From contig CM119377.1 of NCBI GenBank assembly GCA_051294905.1, positions 28,954,001-29,018,000 of the forward strand: 64,000 nt of DNA, given 5' to 3'. Under the pieces are notes generated by a model, which saw only the letters and a program-made list of their open reading frames with translations, was not told the origin of the DNA and made no database searches. Both the position numbers and the translations under genes were made by a program. Shown here one piece after another: positions 49,530-62,080 of the stretch (position 1 is the stretch's first letter; every line of letters begins with the position of its first letter). The DNA is from Botryllus schlosseri. Taxonomy: Eukaryota.

Positions 49530-51245
49530 GAAACAGTGCACTTCTCTATTCCAATTTCTACTTCAGGATAAGATTTCGATAGACAGTACGGCCCTTGGAC
49601 AACGGGGGAACCGGCTGTCGAGGCCCTAAGTCTTCATAGCTGCAGCTACCCGGCTTGCCGGTACCGTGTCGAAGACTTGGGAAATGAAGCCCCATCTTCC
49701 ACTTGCTGTTGCGTCTCTGCAACCGCGCCATGAACAGATGTTATATATAAAACAAACAACAAACAAGAAAAGAACAAATACGAAGAACATTTACTTTATA
49801 ACTTAAAAAACCTTACTTAAAACACGTAGAACAAGTAATTTAATTTAAATCAAAAACCTTGGTCTAGAACAGTGGTTCCCAAACGGTAGGAAATTCCCCA
49901 CTGGTGGGGAATTCAATGGTTTCTGGTGGGGAATAGACGAATTTGTTCAAAATTATATACAGGACAGTCTACATATTCACGGAGACACATGCGCAATTAC
50001 CGATACCAGTTAGCTGCTCTGGAATGTATGTATCGAAAATTATATTGCGTGTTGTTCACAAAACCTCATTTTTAACTCTCGGTGGCCAATGATGGCGTCA
50101 CAAACGCATCCAGCACGACTAGTTTGATCTGAAATAACGCTTTCGCGAAATTTTGAGCGTTATACTGGTATCGGTTCACAATACGTTTTACGTTGCAGTT
50201 ATAGGCGATTGTCTTGCGTAATGGTGTTGTTGTGGGTCTTGTGTAGTAAAACCAGCAAATAGCTGCTCTGTGATGACAAAAGTGCTGGGTAGTGGGGAAC
50301 AGGACCGTAACTGCCGCTACAATACGTAGAATTTGTATAAATGGAAACTTCGGCGTCGGTCCTTACTGCGCCACGACACACCAAGGCATATGAAGTTATC
50401 GGCCGTGCAAGATGCAACTCTGAGAAGTGTGCCAGAACGATCAGCAGCTAGAAGACCTTGGCCGAGACGAAATGCCCTCGTGGTGACCCAAAACTTTGAT
50501 ATACAATATTAGCGAAATGGCTGGCGCCGAATGTTCCTGTCCTGGCGATCTGAACCCCACAGGACAAATGCCATCCCGCAGGGAAAAATTATTTGCCAGT
50601 AAAGCAATACCAATTTGAAAACGTGTGTGCCTTTTACTTTTGCGCTTTCCACATTTTTTGACATATCAGATATATAGGAAGTCACGAAATAGCATAATTT
50701 AACGAAGTCAATATACCAACGGGTCCGCCCGAAGATATTCAATTCTTATTTAGGAGTCCTACTTTTCCAACACACCTCACTCAGCTCTACCGGTAAATCT
50801 GATTACGTGAGCAGAGAGGGGATAAAAAATTGACAGCAAAATATATGCAATTCCCGATCATATTGACCGATTCAAACACAGATTATATAAATTTTTTCGC
50901 GCCTGGCGCGTTTAGTCGAAATAAGGCTACGCACTAAACAGTAGACCAAAGGCAGTTATAAGTTGCAGGGAAAACGCGTACAGGCTTAGCGTGTCTGAGG
51001 GGGTGCTGGGGGCCCAAGACCGACGTTTTTTATGTTGGGCTGACAAAGTGCTGTTACGGTCCTGGTGGGGAATGGAGGCTCGTAATAAATCTGAAGTGGG
51101 GAATGAAGACAAAAAGGTTGGGAACCACTGGTCTAGAAAAACTAAAAAAAGAAGAACTTCAAAACCCCCAGACCGGAGCAGGCACCTATACCAGACGTAG
51201 AGAGGGCCTGCGATGGTCTGGGTTTCCGGAGAGCCGCATAAAAAA
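49530..51245 (+). mobile_element. E10: 3' UTR remnant of an E1-family LINE (interrupted by a MITE)
   Basis: Terminal stem-loop and GAGCCG+A tail (51178-51245) resemble the E1 and E3 3' ends. Confidence 0.5.
49870..51130. mobile_element. hAT (Charlie-like) MITE
   Basis: TIRs CAGTGGTTCCCAA / TTGGGAACCACTG; TSD GTCTAGAA. Confidence 0.88.
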
Positions 51246-52289
51246 TGAGCAACGTTTCTATAGACAGCCCAACACTTTCATGGGGTTACCAGAAAATTTT
51301 CAAATTTATTATTATTTATTTTTATATATAATAAATAGAAACTTCCTTTTTCTGTAGCAAAGCGGTTACTGGCTGGAATTGAACCAAATTTGGTGTGTAG
51401 GCTTAAATTAGGTAACCTAACAATTTTATCAAGTAGCCAGTACGATTTGAGAAAAAAAGTCATTTTTTGCACAGGCAAGAATTCCAATTTGCAGGTACAC
51501 ACCAACGCACCCTCCAATTTCGCGCTTCGATTACCAAGACTATCACGAAGCTAGCTAGCTCATGAATGGCTTTGTAAACGAATATGGGCGCACATAATTT
51601 AGATTTCGGAGAAGCAGAACAGAACTTCTATATAGGCGTCTGGTCAGGAGAGGATATCTATGATGGTGATTCTCAGCACACGCTAGGCGCGCCGCCAGAA
51701 GTTAGGGGGATTTGGATTCTTTTTCAAATTTACCAATATAGCATCAATTTCATTTCCGGTCCAGTACAAGTGTAAATGGCGATCATATCTCTTCGTATGG
51801 ACGATTTTATGCGTATGATGAGCTTGCTTACCAACGGATGCGGGAGTGCTGTCAATTAGCGAGTCCCTGATCTCTGGTGAACAATTAAATACACGTGCGG
51901 ATTACGCAGTCTCAGCGACAGTTTTCGCAATTCAAATTGTCCGAACTTCAGTGCACCAATTTCAAACCTTTGTCGTCTTTTAGAACTCGAGCCATCATAC
52001 ACATCTTCTGATCGTTGCGTTCAAGTATGAGCGGGAATCAATTACGCGCGTTAAAGTCTGTTTGCAGCGGTCGATGTTATTCAGTTTCGGGATATCGCTT
52101 TTTAATCAATATCACATAAAACAATCACTAACTAGCGTACACTCGACCGCATCGTCTCCAAACCCGCAAGAGATACGAGCCAAAGAATGCTAGGCCCGAG
52201 ACGCGATAGTTAGGCCAGTAATGATATCTTTCACACCAGGCCTATTGCACATGCTATTGTGTAGGCCAGCGATGATATCGTGCAAACCA

Positions 52290-53690
52290 GGCCGAAGCCG
52301 CCAATGCAGATGCGATTCAAAGGAAAAAGCAACACGGTCGCGGACGCACTTTCGAGACCAACGATCGCTATTACCGGCCAACAGCCGACTCCTAAATCTA
52401 AACCTCGAAAACTTAGCTACTAAAGCACAAGAAACCGATGAGGTACGGGCTTATCGCACTGCGGTTACAAACCTACAACTCAGAGACATCCCTATCGGAA
52501 ACTCAGCAGTCACGCTGCTATGCGATATCTCGTGGGGACAACCTCCTCCTGTGGTCCCCAAACCTTGGAGAAGGACAGTTTTTGAAACAATCCACGGTTT
52601 GTCACACCCGTCCATTCGCATTACGAAAAAACTCGTGAGCTCGAAATTCGTTTGGCACGGTATTCAGAAACAAGTGGGGTTGTGGGCCATGCAATGCCTG
52701 CCGTGCCAGCGTTCAAAAATGCATCAGCATGTCACTTCGCCGGTTCAATCACTCCGCCAGTTCAAGATTACCCAACACCCGCAGCGCGCTTCAGCCATAT
52801 CAACATTGATCTGGTGAGTCAGTTGCCTCAATGCCAAGTCAAAAACTACTTGCTCACAATAGGCGACCGATACACGCGTCGGCCGGAAGCGATCTCAATT
52901 AAAAACTCCACAACTATCACGTGCGCCAAGGCGTTGATATTTAATTGGATTTCTAGGTTTAGTGTTTCTTACCATCTGTCTTCCGATCGTGGGCCACAAT
53001 TTACATCGGAATTTTGGTCAGCAAGCAACCAACTTTTGGGTATCGAACTTCACCGCAGTATACATCGTTCTATCCACAAGCAAATGGCGTAGTGGAACGG
53101 TTTCACCGACATCTGAAGAGTGCGTTAATGGCTCGATTGGCAGATGCAAACTGGGTGGACCACCTTCCGTGGATTTTGCTCCGGATCCGAACCGCTCCTT
53201 AGGAAGATCTAAAGACTACATCGGCCGAGCTGGTTTACAGGACTACACTCAACGTACATGGCCAGTTTATCTCCCAGTACATGGCCAGTTTATCTCCCCG
53301 CAAGCCACACAAAAAGCAGAAAAGTATATGCCGTCGCTGCGAGAAACGCTTCGCAAGTTACTGCCTACGTCAATGTCCAGGCACGGCAATGCACGAGCAT
53401 TAATTGCAAATTGTTTGACAGATTGCAATTACGTGTTCGTGCGGCGAGATACACACAGACCTCCACTGACGAAACCATACGACGGCCCCTTCAAGGTCCT
53501 CGCAAGAACATTCAAGACATTCAAGCTGCAAGTTGGGGGAAGGGAAGAAACGAAATCAGTCGACCTTTTGAAACCGGCGCACGTGGACCTCTCCATGCCA
53601 GTTCCGTTAGCTCAACCAAACCCACGAAGAATACACGACGTCACACTCAGCCTCCACAACGCTACCAGGCCTGAACTGCCCGCTTATGGA
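52290..53690 (+). pseudogene. Ty3/Gypsy pol fragment (RNase H end + integrase)
   Basis: GKSNTVADALSR, HGLSHP..CLPCQ zinc finger, HINIDLV, SDRGPQF, QANGVVERFHR and PYDGPFKV motifs. Confidence 0.85.
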
Positions 53691-53698
53691 GGGGGCTC

Positions 53699-53848
53699 TG
53701 CGGCCACACCATGCGGTAACACCACTATGGTCATCGAAGCGTACAGAGTGTGCTTTCTCGTATTTCATGTCGCTTCATATATAAAGCCGTTTGGTCAGTT
53801 CGCCCAAGTGCTCCATACAATAAAGCTGTTACCCGCTTAAACCCTACA
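53699..53848 (+). mobile_element. Probable Gypsy 3' LTR
   Basis: Follows a G-rich PPT-like tract, has TG...CA ends and contains AATAAA; no second copy is available for confirmation. Confidence 0.4.
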
Positions 53849-54422
53849 ATTATATTCAATTCGGTGACGAAGAATTGGACGATCCATTTTGATTGAAAAG
53901 TAGTCGGCGGTTTTCTGAGTTTTTCATCATGCTCTGGCATGCATGATTGCTATTTATTGTATGTTCATTTACTTCGTTTCCATGCTCGGCCGACGGTCGG
54001 CCGAAAGGCCATGACGCATGCGTTGTACATGTCGGCCGTGTTTCCATGACCAGGCGTAATCCGACCGTGACTTGGCCGAACTAGGTGGGCGAAGCGATCG
54101 CAACGACGTTTTTGGCTTACTTCGTGTAATAATTTCATAATAATCACAAGATTGCGATAAAATGACTCGGTAGGAATGAGCCGAGATGACTTGTAACGGC
54201 CATTCAGTCAAACAACACTCTTTGACCTTGAACACGTAGGCCTAAATCCATCCATCATGTAAAATGGTCATGATGAAGCAATTGCTTAAAACCAACAGAA
54301 GATAAAATAAAATGGAAAAAATGAAAATTGGTGGCATATATCTTAGTATGTGGGGGATATAGATATGGGATATCGTGGTCCAATAATTTCGAGCGCAGAA
54401 TGGTAACTTATCCAGTAGTCTA

Positions 54423-54638
54423 CCGGTACTACTGTTTCGTCGTCATGATTCAGACATGAACTTCCAGTGTCATGTTGATGATTTGCTTACAAGGGGAATG
54501 TGAATAAGTTCAGCTAGTTTGTGGTCAAACGGTATAGTACCCATGCACCAGAACACAAACCCTCGAATTGTGGCAGCTGCGTATGTGATCAGATCACGAA
54601 GATTTCGGTAGCCTACGGGTAATTCGTAGCAGTACCGG
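54423..54638. mobile_element. Possible small TA-target MITE
   Basis: 8-bp TIR CCGGTACT flanked by TA; weak evidence. Confidence 0.25.
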
Positions 54639-56078
54639 TACTACTAAATTCCATTGCAATCATAATTAAATTCCGGGTTTTTCAAAGCGTCCAAGATCCT
54701 TCCGGAGTGCAGCCATAGGTAATTTGATACGAAAAGTGTATTGTAAGTAGCGAATACCAATTGGCTAATCCAAGACACAGCGCAAGCATGGCCGAAGGCT
54801 AAGCCGAAGCATTCACTCGATGGCCGACGAGTCGGCCGACGTGGGTGTGCAATCTGTGCATGCGCAACAAAATTCTCTCGTTCGTCGGCCGAATCTCTCG
54901 AAAATGGGCCCATCGGCCGTGCATGGAAACGCAGTAAATGTGAAGTTTGCAACCGCGTCATCTAACACCCTGAACTTTTGTCGCAGCCTTTCTCGCCGAA
55001 ATTCCAGACGTCAAACACACTGTTTGCATACTGTTTGTTGATACTCGACTAACTGTCTGATATTTGTAGCAGTATGGTGATTGCCCTATCTACTGTCAGA
55101 GTAGTAATAACACGTCCCGTAACGCTCCAATTTCGTTACATGGCACATTTCTTCGTTATTCGATTAGTTCTAATTTGTTACCAGCAGTTTCATTAGCTTC
55201 GCAATTCGCAATTTATTTGTGATGGAATAAGACCAGTGATTCAAATGGGTTGTGGCACGAAATTCGGCCACCTGGTAATTTATTAATTTTAGTTGCGTTA
55301 AATCGTGTTCGAAACCAGCTGACATGTGCAAAGTTGAATATTGTTGGCACTACTGTGTTAGGTGAGAGGATGGCACCATATTATCAAACTCGGATAACTA
55401 GATTAATTCTAGTCTGATTAACGTAAATTCGGGCAAAATGCCAGTAATTTAATTTTACTCTATTTAGCGACATCCTTCTTCGCTCTAATTCCATTTCGAA
55501 TTTGATTTGTGAAATATTTCTGCTTCAAATAATTATAATCTTATCTGTGAAATTACAATTTTAATCTAATATGGACTAATTTTTTAGATGTAATTATAAT
55601 CTAATTGGGAAAAGCTGAAAAATCTGAAGTTATCCAAGTCTGGTTATTACGTCATTAACCCTACTCCCACGGTCGGCCGCCAGGCCAAATTCCAAATATT
55701 CAACTTGAATGTTTCTTATGTACTGTCTTGTGTCTGTTTCGTTGCATTATTTTTGTTAATATACACGTCGTGTTTAAATCTACATACTGACGACTAATAT
55801 TCTGGCTATTAAGGTGGTAAAAGATCAGTCTTTTCTTTGTCCGACTCCGTTCATGTAATACAAGTCAGGTAGGACACTTTAGAAGGCAGGAGACTTGAGA
55901 AACACCTAGTTGACGAAATAGCAAAACGGTTTCACGATTCCAAGCTAGGGGGATTCAGAACCTACCCTAGACTTCAAAAATACCAAGGATATTTTACAGT
56001 GTTCATCTCGAAACACCACACACCACACACAGCATAATAACATTTCTAGGACGTTTCAAATTAGCTCTACCGCCCAAA

Positions 56079-56600
56079 TTGAATCCTAGAATGGTATTGA
56101 TAGACGGTGCACTTGCATTGTGGAATGCAATGCTGCCCGTCTATTGTGGTGAAACTAGATTAAAATATTACGAGCGGGTCTGTCGGATCGTAACGGGCGC
56201 GGCTCATGAAGGTGACATGGATCTTACTTTTGTCCTCAATTATATGAGTCATTGCATGAAAGCAGCATCGCTTATGTGTAAAAGCATTTCATCAGTAAGT
56301 ACTGAAAGAAAGTCATGTACTGGATAAGTCTATTGTTTTTGTCCAGTACAATTGAAGAATTGGATTCCATCATTTGGGATTTGTGTGGCAGTGGCATCCT
56401 TCTTCCGCGCCAGAAATCCGAAGGTGTTTTGTTGTATTACAGGAGTCTGATCGAACACCGAACACCAAAGCACAAGCACAAATCGAGTGTCTTCCTCCAA
56501 CTAGTGGAACGAGGAATTCGATCCACACGCTAACAATGAAGATTTTGTTCCAATGTGAGTTCGCTAGACCGGAAGCAGGAGTTGGAGTTGCCATGTTTGG
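56079..56600 (+). pseudogene. Possible degenerate DNA-transposase fragment (MULE/NOF-like)
   Basis: Broken ORFs with D..ALWNA and a degenerate (C/Y)xSH-MK-like segment; recognised by pattern only. Confidence 0.25.
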
Positions 56601-57086
56601 CAAGATATGAAAAACTTATCGGGGAATTTAAAAACAACAAGCAATATAAAGAAGGAAACGACGCGGACCAGTGGATAGAAATAATAAATAATGATAAAAA
56701 TACATAGGCCTACTTGAACGAAATTGTATCAAGTTATAATTGACCGGATTTGTCACTGCTATGGACCAGATTTTTCACTGCTATGGATTGTTTATAGTCA
56801 GAGAAACTAGCCATTGCGAGGAGACCGCATTTACGTCCACCGCGTCAACAAAATACAATGGAAATGTTTCATTGCAGGAATCAGGTAACTATAAATCGAT
56901 ATAGCCAATCATTTACCCTTATACTACGTCATTTCATTTTAAGCGACTAAAATACGGAGAATGGGCCAGCAGTCAAGTTCGCGGGTATTATGATAGAGTA
57001 GATTTGTGTAGTTCTCTACAGTCTGAATAATTGTTTAATTTTTCTGTTCCATATATATACGGCAGGACGGAGTATGGACCGGAGCC

Positions 57087-60000
57087 GGAGTATTTGGTTC
57101 TGTTAAGGCCGCGCCAGCGTGAGTATTAACTGCTTTTTCAGATTCGAAGACTCGTCGACTGAGCCGCTTCGGCTATTGTAGCTTAGATTTACCGTAAAGA
57201 TTAGATTTAACGTATTGTACCTGTGCCGTAACCAGGTAAGAACTAGTGCCGTAACCAGGTTAGAACCTCCAAGGCTAAATTGTGACTGCTGCTCTGCCGT
57301 ATCTTCGCCGGCAGACAGCAGTCACTTGGGCTACCTCTACTTTACCTCCTTCTACTCTCTTTGCCGTCGACGATCTTCGAGTCTCCTTTAGACTCAACTC
57401 TCTCCAAGTCTTGACTTTCTCTCTCGAGTCAAGTGTTGTCGAGCTCTCCCTCTCCGAGACTTCGCTCTCTCTCTCTCGAGTCTAGTCTTGGTGAGTCTAC
57501 CTTCGCTCTCGCGCCTCTCCCTTGAGACGTCGAGAGACTGCTTTCTTGAACTCGAGTGAGGTTTCTTGAACTCGAGTGAACTCGCCTGACGTCAGCCGTC
57601 GGACGAGTATCGTTCGATTCACAGTGCCGTCTGAGCGCGCAGACTACGCCTATCGAGACACGGAGACAGTAGTATCGATTTCTCGAGCGTCTGGAAACGC
57701 CTTGCTTTGCGCTCTATAGCAAAGCAAAAATAGTATGCAAACGCTCTAACAGGACGCGATAACCAGCGAATAACCTACGGCAACAGGCCACGATCACTGG
57801 ATATAACGACACCACCAAACAGCGAAACAACAGAAGTGATAGATGCCGTTATCACACACCCTAAACTCAAACAATACAGGGAACACATCGCCTCCATCTT
57901 TCGAATAGGCAGAACGACGTACAATATATCCTTCCACGAACATGCACAGGTGGAAATGATACGCGAAGAGTTCCTGGATCAAACAATCACGGGAATAAAC
58001 ATGACAAATGGAACGATGTACGTACAAAAGCCGAGGCCACCTGCGGCACAAATAAACATCAGAGCCGTACCAACGGAGGTGGAAGAACAAGAAGACACAA
58101 AATCGCACAGTACAAATGCGGCACGGTGCAAGAAGTCAAACTAATCTATCACAATGGTACTACCCTCCATAACGGGTACAGACAAGTAACAATAGATGAT
58201 TACGTACCGGGAAGACTTCCGCCCTTCATATACTTGGGACAAGCACCCTGTAAGGTCTACCCACCGAACAATGAGGTAAATGAAACGTGCTTTAAATGCT
58301 TGCAGAGAGGACACACGGCAAGCAGAGAGGACACACGGCAAGCCAATGCCCTAACATGACAGTATACTTCCTATACAAACAAACGGTCACAAATCAGAGG
58401 AAAATACTAAAGGTCGACGAACAAATCACACCAACGGACGTGGAAGAACTACATGAACCTGAAAATAACAACGAAGAACAAAGCCCAACCTCTGCATCCT
58501 TTGATACAGAGGTTGGGCTTTGTTCTTCGTTGTTATTGAGGAGACAGAGATTGAGGAAACAGGAGAGGAAGAAAAAGATGATAATGAAGGAGAAGAAGAA
58601 GAGGACGAAATAGTAGAAGACTACTTTAACCTAGAGCAAAATTCACAAACACCAAGCGAACTTGATACAACGATCATACCAGGTTCACAACACGAAAGCG
58701 AAACTGAAGAACTGCAAATCATCACAAGCGAGGATGAAACCTAAACACAGCAAGATGAAACTCAAGGCAGTAAAAAGCCAAAACACACACTAAATAAAGA
58801 TAGAAATAACCAAACAAAGGTTCGAGGTCAGTCGATTCACGGAAAGCGAATTCTTTAGTGCAGCACAACGCTCACCAAATAAAGGAAATAGTGACGCACG
58901 TAGCCCAACTTTGCCAACGACAAGTAAAAACAGACGAATGCTGGCGAAGCCGAACCCGGGCGAAGAGAAACAGAAAGCCAAAATAGTACCTTGCCCCTTC
59001 CCGCAATCAAAAATGGCTCTTGATATTATCTCCTTGAACATAAATGGAATTAATGCTCACTTGTACAAGCTTGAATGCTTATTGAAAAACAATAAAAGAT
59101 GTAATATCCTCCACAAATAGGCCCAACAGAACAACTGGATATATATCCCGGACCATATTGACGACGGACAATACTGGATAGATAGAATAGGAAACAAAAA
59201 ACATTACTACCAAGGAACCCCGATATTCGTGTAAAAAGAATTAGAGAAAAACCATACCATAGAGAACACCGACATACCATAGAGAACACCACCATGTTAG
59301 AAGATAGGAAACTAACAAAGAGGATGACCAGTCAAAGCACATATACAACGTATATGGACCGGCTGATGTGGGGAGAAACCAAACAGATGTGTTCAAAATA
59401 CTAACGCAGCGCATCGGAAACCATCCAGACAGCGCCATAATCTGCGGCGATTTCAATATAGTAACGAACCGTCTTGACTCGAAAAACAACCGAACGTTCC
59501 AACTTACACCAGCAGCGAAAATCTGGAAACTCTTCACAGAAATCTGGAAACTCTTCACAGAAACCCATAAAATAAGAGACATATGGAGATGGAGAAATCC
59601 AAACAAAAAACTATACTCAGTAATAAAAACTTTCAACTCGAGAAGAGTTGATAGAAGATCCTTATAAGAGAAATATCTTAGCCATGCGCAAACATGCAAA
59701 AAGTTAAAGAACACCTGCAACTCTTCGCACGCTAAAAAAGAAAGGCGGAAATAAACCAAGTAAGAAAACTACGAGAGGCGGAAATAAACAAAGAAAGAAA
59801 ACTACGTGATGAAATAACACGAATACAAAGAAACAGCAACAACGTCTTCGACGCAACGGACAAAATCAAAGAGCTTAAGCAGATGGAGGAAGAGAACATC
59901 ATCCACCAATGCCGGCTCAGTAAGGTAAAGGATATTGAAGAAGGCGAATAGCCGACCAAATACACTAACCAAGAACTGAAACAAAGAAAGGAAAGTAAAA

Positions 60001-60830
60001 TAATCACGACCGTAGAAACCTCCTCCGGAAAGGAGACCACAAACAGCACAGAGAGCCTACAAGAAATCGAATTATTTAACAAAACGCTGTGGGCGAAAAC
60101 AAACCAAGAAGACCACCGTATACAGAAAGACTACCTCAGTGCGATTGAAGGCATTCACATCACACAAGAGGAAACAGGATCTAAACACCAAGATCCAGAC
60201 AACGGAAATAAAAAACGCCTTATGCAGCATGGACGGGAGCAAAACACCAGGCTCTGACGGCCTGTCGAAGAAATTCTATACGTGCTTCTGGACCACAATA
60301 AAAAAACGACCTACTAGAACTAATCAATAAACACCTTCACTTTTGGAGGCTTATGCGAAACCTGGAAAACTGGAATCACGATAATGATATACAAGAAAGG
60401 ACATCCAAAACACCTGAAACACTGGCGACCAATCACACTTCTAAACACCGAATACAAATTGATAACGTATATATTAGCAAACAGACTAAAACACAACCTA
60501 CCAAATTTGATCAGCGACACCCAAAAATGTGCAATAACAAACAGAAGCATAACAGACATACTCCGCAACACACAGGCCGTCATAGAAATAGCAGAAGCGA
60601 AAAACCAAGAACTTATAATCGCTAACCTCGACCAGGAAAAGGCTTTCGATATGATTCACCATGAGTATCTATACAAAATCATGGCGATATATCTATTTCC
60701 TAAACACCTAGGACGTCTCATAAAAAATGTCTACAAATCAGCCCGGAGCAAAATCCTAGTAAACGGGGGAACAACAAAGGAGATAAACATAGAGAGAGGA
60801 ATCCGCCAGGGGTGTCCACTCAGCATGGCA
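57087..60830 (+). mobile_element. E11: E1-family LINE with SL head, truncated within RT
   Basis: GGAGTATTTGGTTCTGTTAAG head (19/21 to SL) and GACTC array. ORF1 starts near 57735, ORF2 at 59013, and the element ends at RQGCPLSMA. Confidence 0.85.
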
Positions 60831-60881
60831 ATCGAAGTTGGATCATGTCGAATGAGATCCTTTCCTAATAGGAACAGAGCC

Positions 60882-61369
60882 GGAGTATTTGGTTGTATCA
60901 AGGTCGCACCAGCGTAAGTATAACAAACGGCTTGTTACAGATGCACGGAGCGAACCGGAGCCGCTGGGGCAATAGCTAAACGTACCTAGATACCTACAGT
61001 AATAGCTAGTATTTTTCTTGTGGTAACCTAGACTAGAAAACTTCCTTCCATTTCTTCCTTTTCGTCGCCGGGTATTCACACTCACCTTCGAGTCTCCTTC
61101 AGACTCGTCCCTTCTCCCTCCTGAGACCTGACTCGTCTTCGTGAGTCAGGTCTTAAAGGAGTTTTTTCTACCTCTCCGAGACTTGACTCGTCTTCGTGAG
61201 TCGATTCTCGTTTAAGTATTTTTCTTTAGAGACTTGACTCTCTCTCGAGTCAAGTCTCTACTTTTCTCCTCTCTCGCTTGAGACGCAGAGAGACTGCCTG
61301 CTTATCTTTAGCCTAATTACCTATACGTCTTCGCCGCTGTCTAGACGGCGATCATACGATAGTCTAGCG
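60882..61369 (+). mobile_element. E12: 5' UTR of an E1-family LINE with SL head
   Basis: GGAGTATTTGGTTGTATCAAG (20/21 to SL), GTAAGT donor motif and GACTC array; interrupted by a hAT element. Confidence 0.85.
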
Positions 61370-61481
61370 CAGTGGTCCCCAACGTGGGCGATATCGCCCC
61401 CCAGGGGGCGATTTGGCGGTCTAGGGGGCGAAAATAGCGAAGGGGGCGATGGCGCGTTAAAACGGCTATATTGCAGGCCAG
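61370..61481. mobile_element. Left end of a hAT MITE
   Basis: CAGTGGTCCCCAAC after the GTCTAGCG target; the right end is not in the window. Confidence 0.65.
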
Positions 61482-62080
61482 GGCCCGTATTCAAGAAACC
61501 TCACTCAGTGCTCAAACTCACTTTGCGTCAAAATTGCGTAACAATTGGTATTCAGAGAACGCAACTCAAGAATGAGTTTGAGCACGGCTGGAGTCGAACT
61601 TCGCGGTCTGTCGAGCTCGACTTCGAGCTGTTTGGTATTCAGAGACGATGCGCGGTAGCTGGCGAGCTGAGAATTTGGCAGTCGAGTGCGCGTTTTCCGA
61701 GTCGAGCCGGGGACAGTCTCAAGGCTTTACTCCAACGCTTTGCACTGACTTTTCTGGTAGTATATGCTGCGGGATGATGGGCTGTGCACATATATTAATC
61801 GGATTTATGATCTTAATGGTAAACTATACCGGTATAGAACATTGTAAAGTCCACAGAGTTAAATCATTTTCATGTAATATCTGGATTTAATAAGCTGTAT
61901 AATAGTGTACTGTATATCAATGAAATGGTAGTTGTGAAGTATGGCAGTGATGTGGTAGTATTCATAAAAGCCATGCTTTTTCGCAGTATCCTCGATGTGT
62001 CTGCCGCATGATAATGTTCAGGTAAAGCAGACTATAATGTTGGATTTCAACAGAAACATTTTTCCAGTTGCAGTTACAGT

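Noticed and set aside
51255-52190. Possible MITE remnants (also 11043-11465, 53980-55700)
   Set aside because: No TIR/TSD pair could be defined by eye, so these were left unannotated.
57160-57195. Resemblance of GCCGCTTCGGCTATTGTAGCTTAGAT to the U2 or U6 5' end
   Set aside because: The match is short and gapped, and the segment aligns with the 5' UTR of the other elements.
57740-57760. CTCTAACAG as a splice acceptor in E11
   Set aside because: It falls inside the ORF1 coding sequence (ANALTG), so protein constraint explains it.
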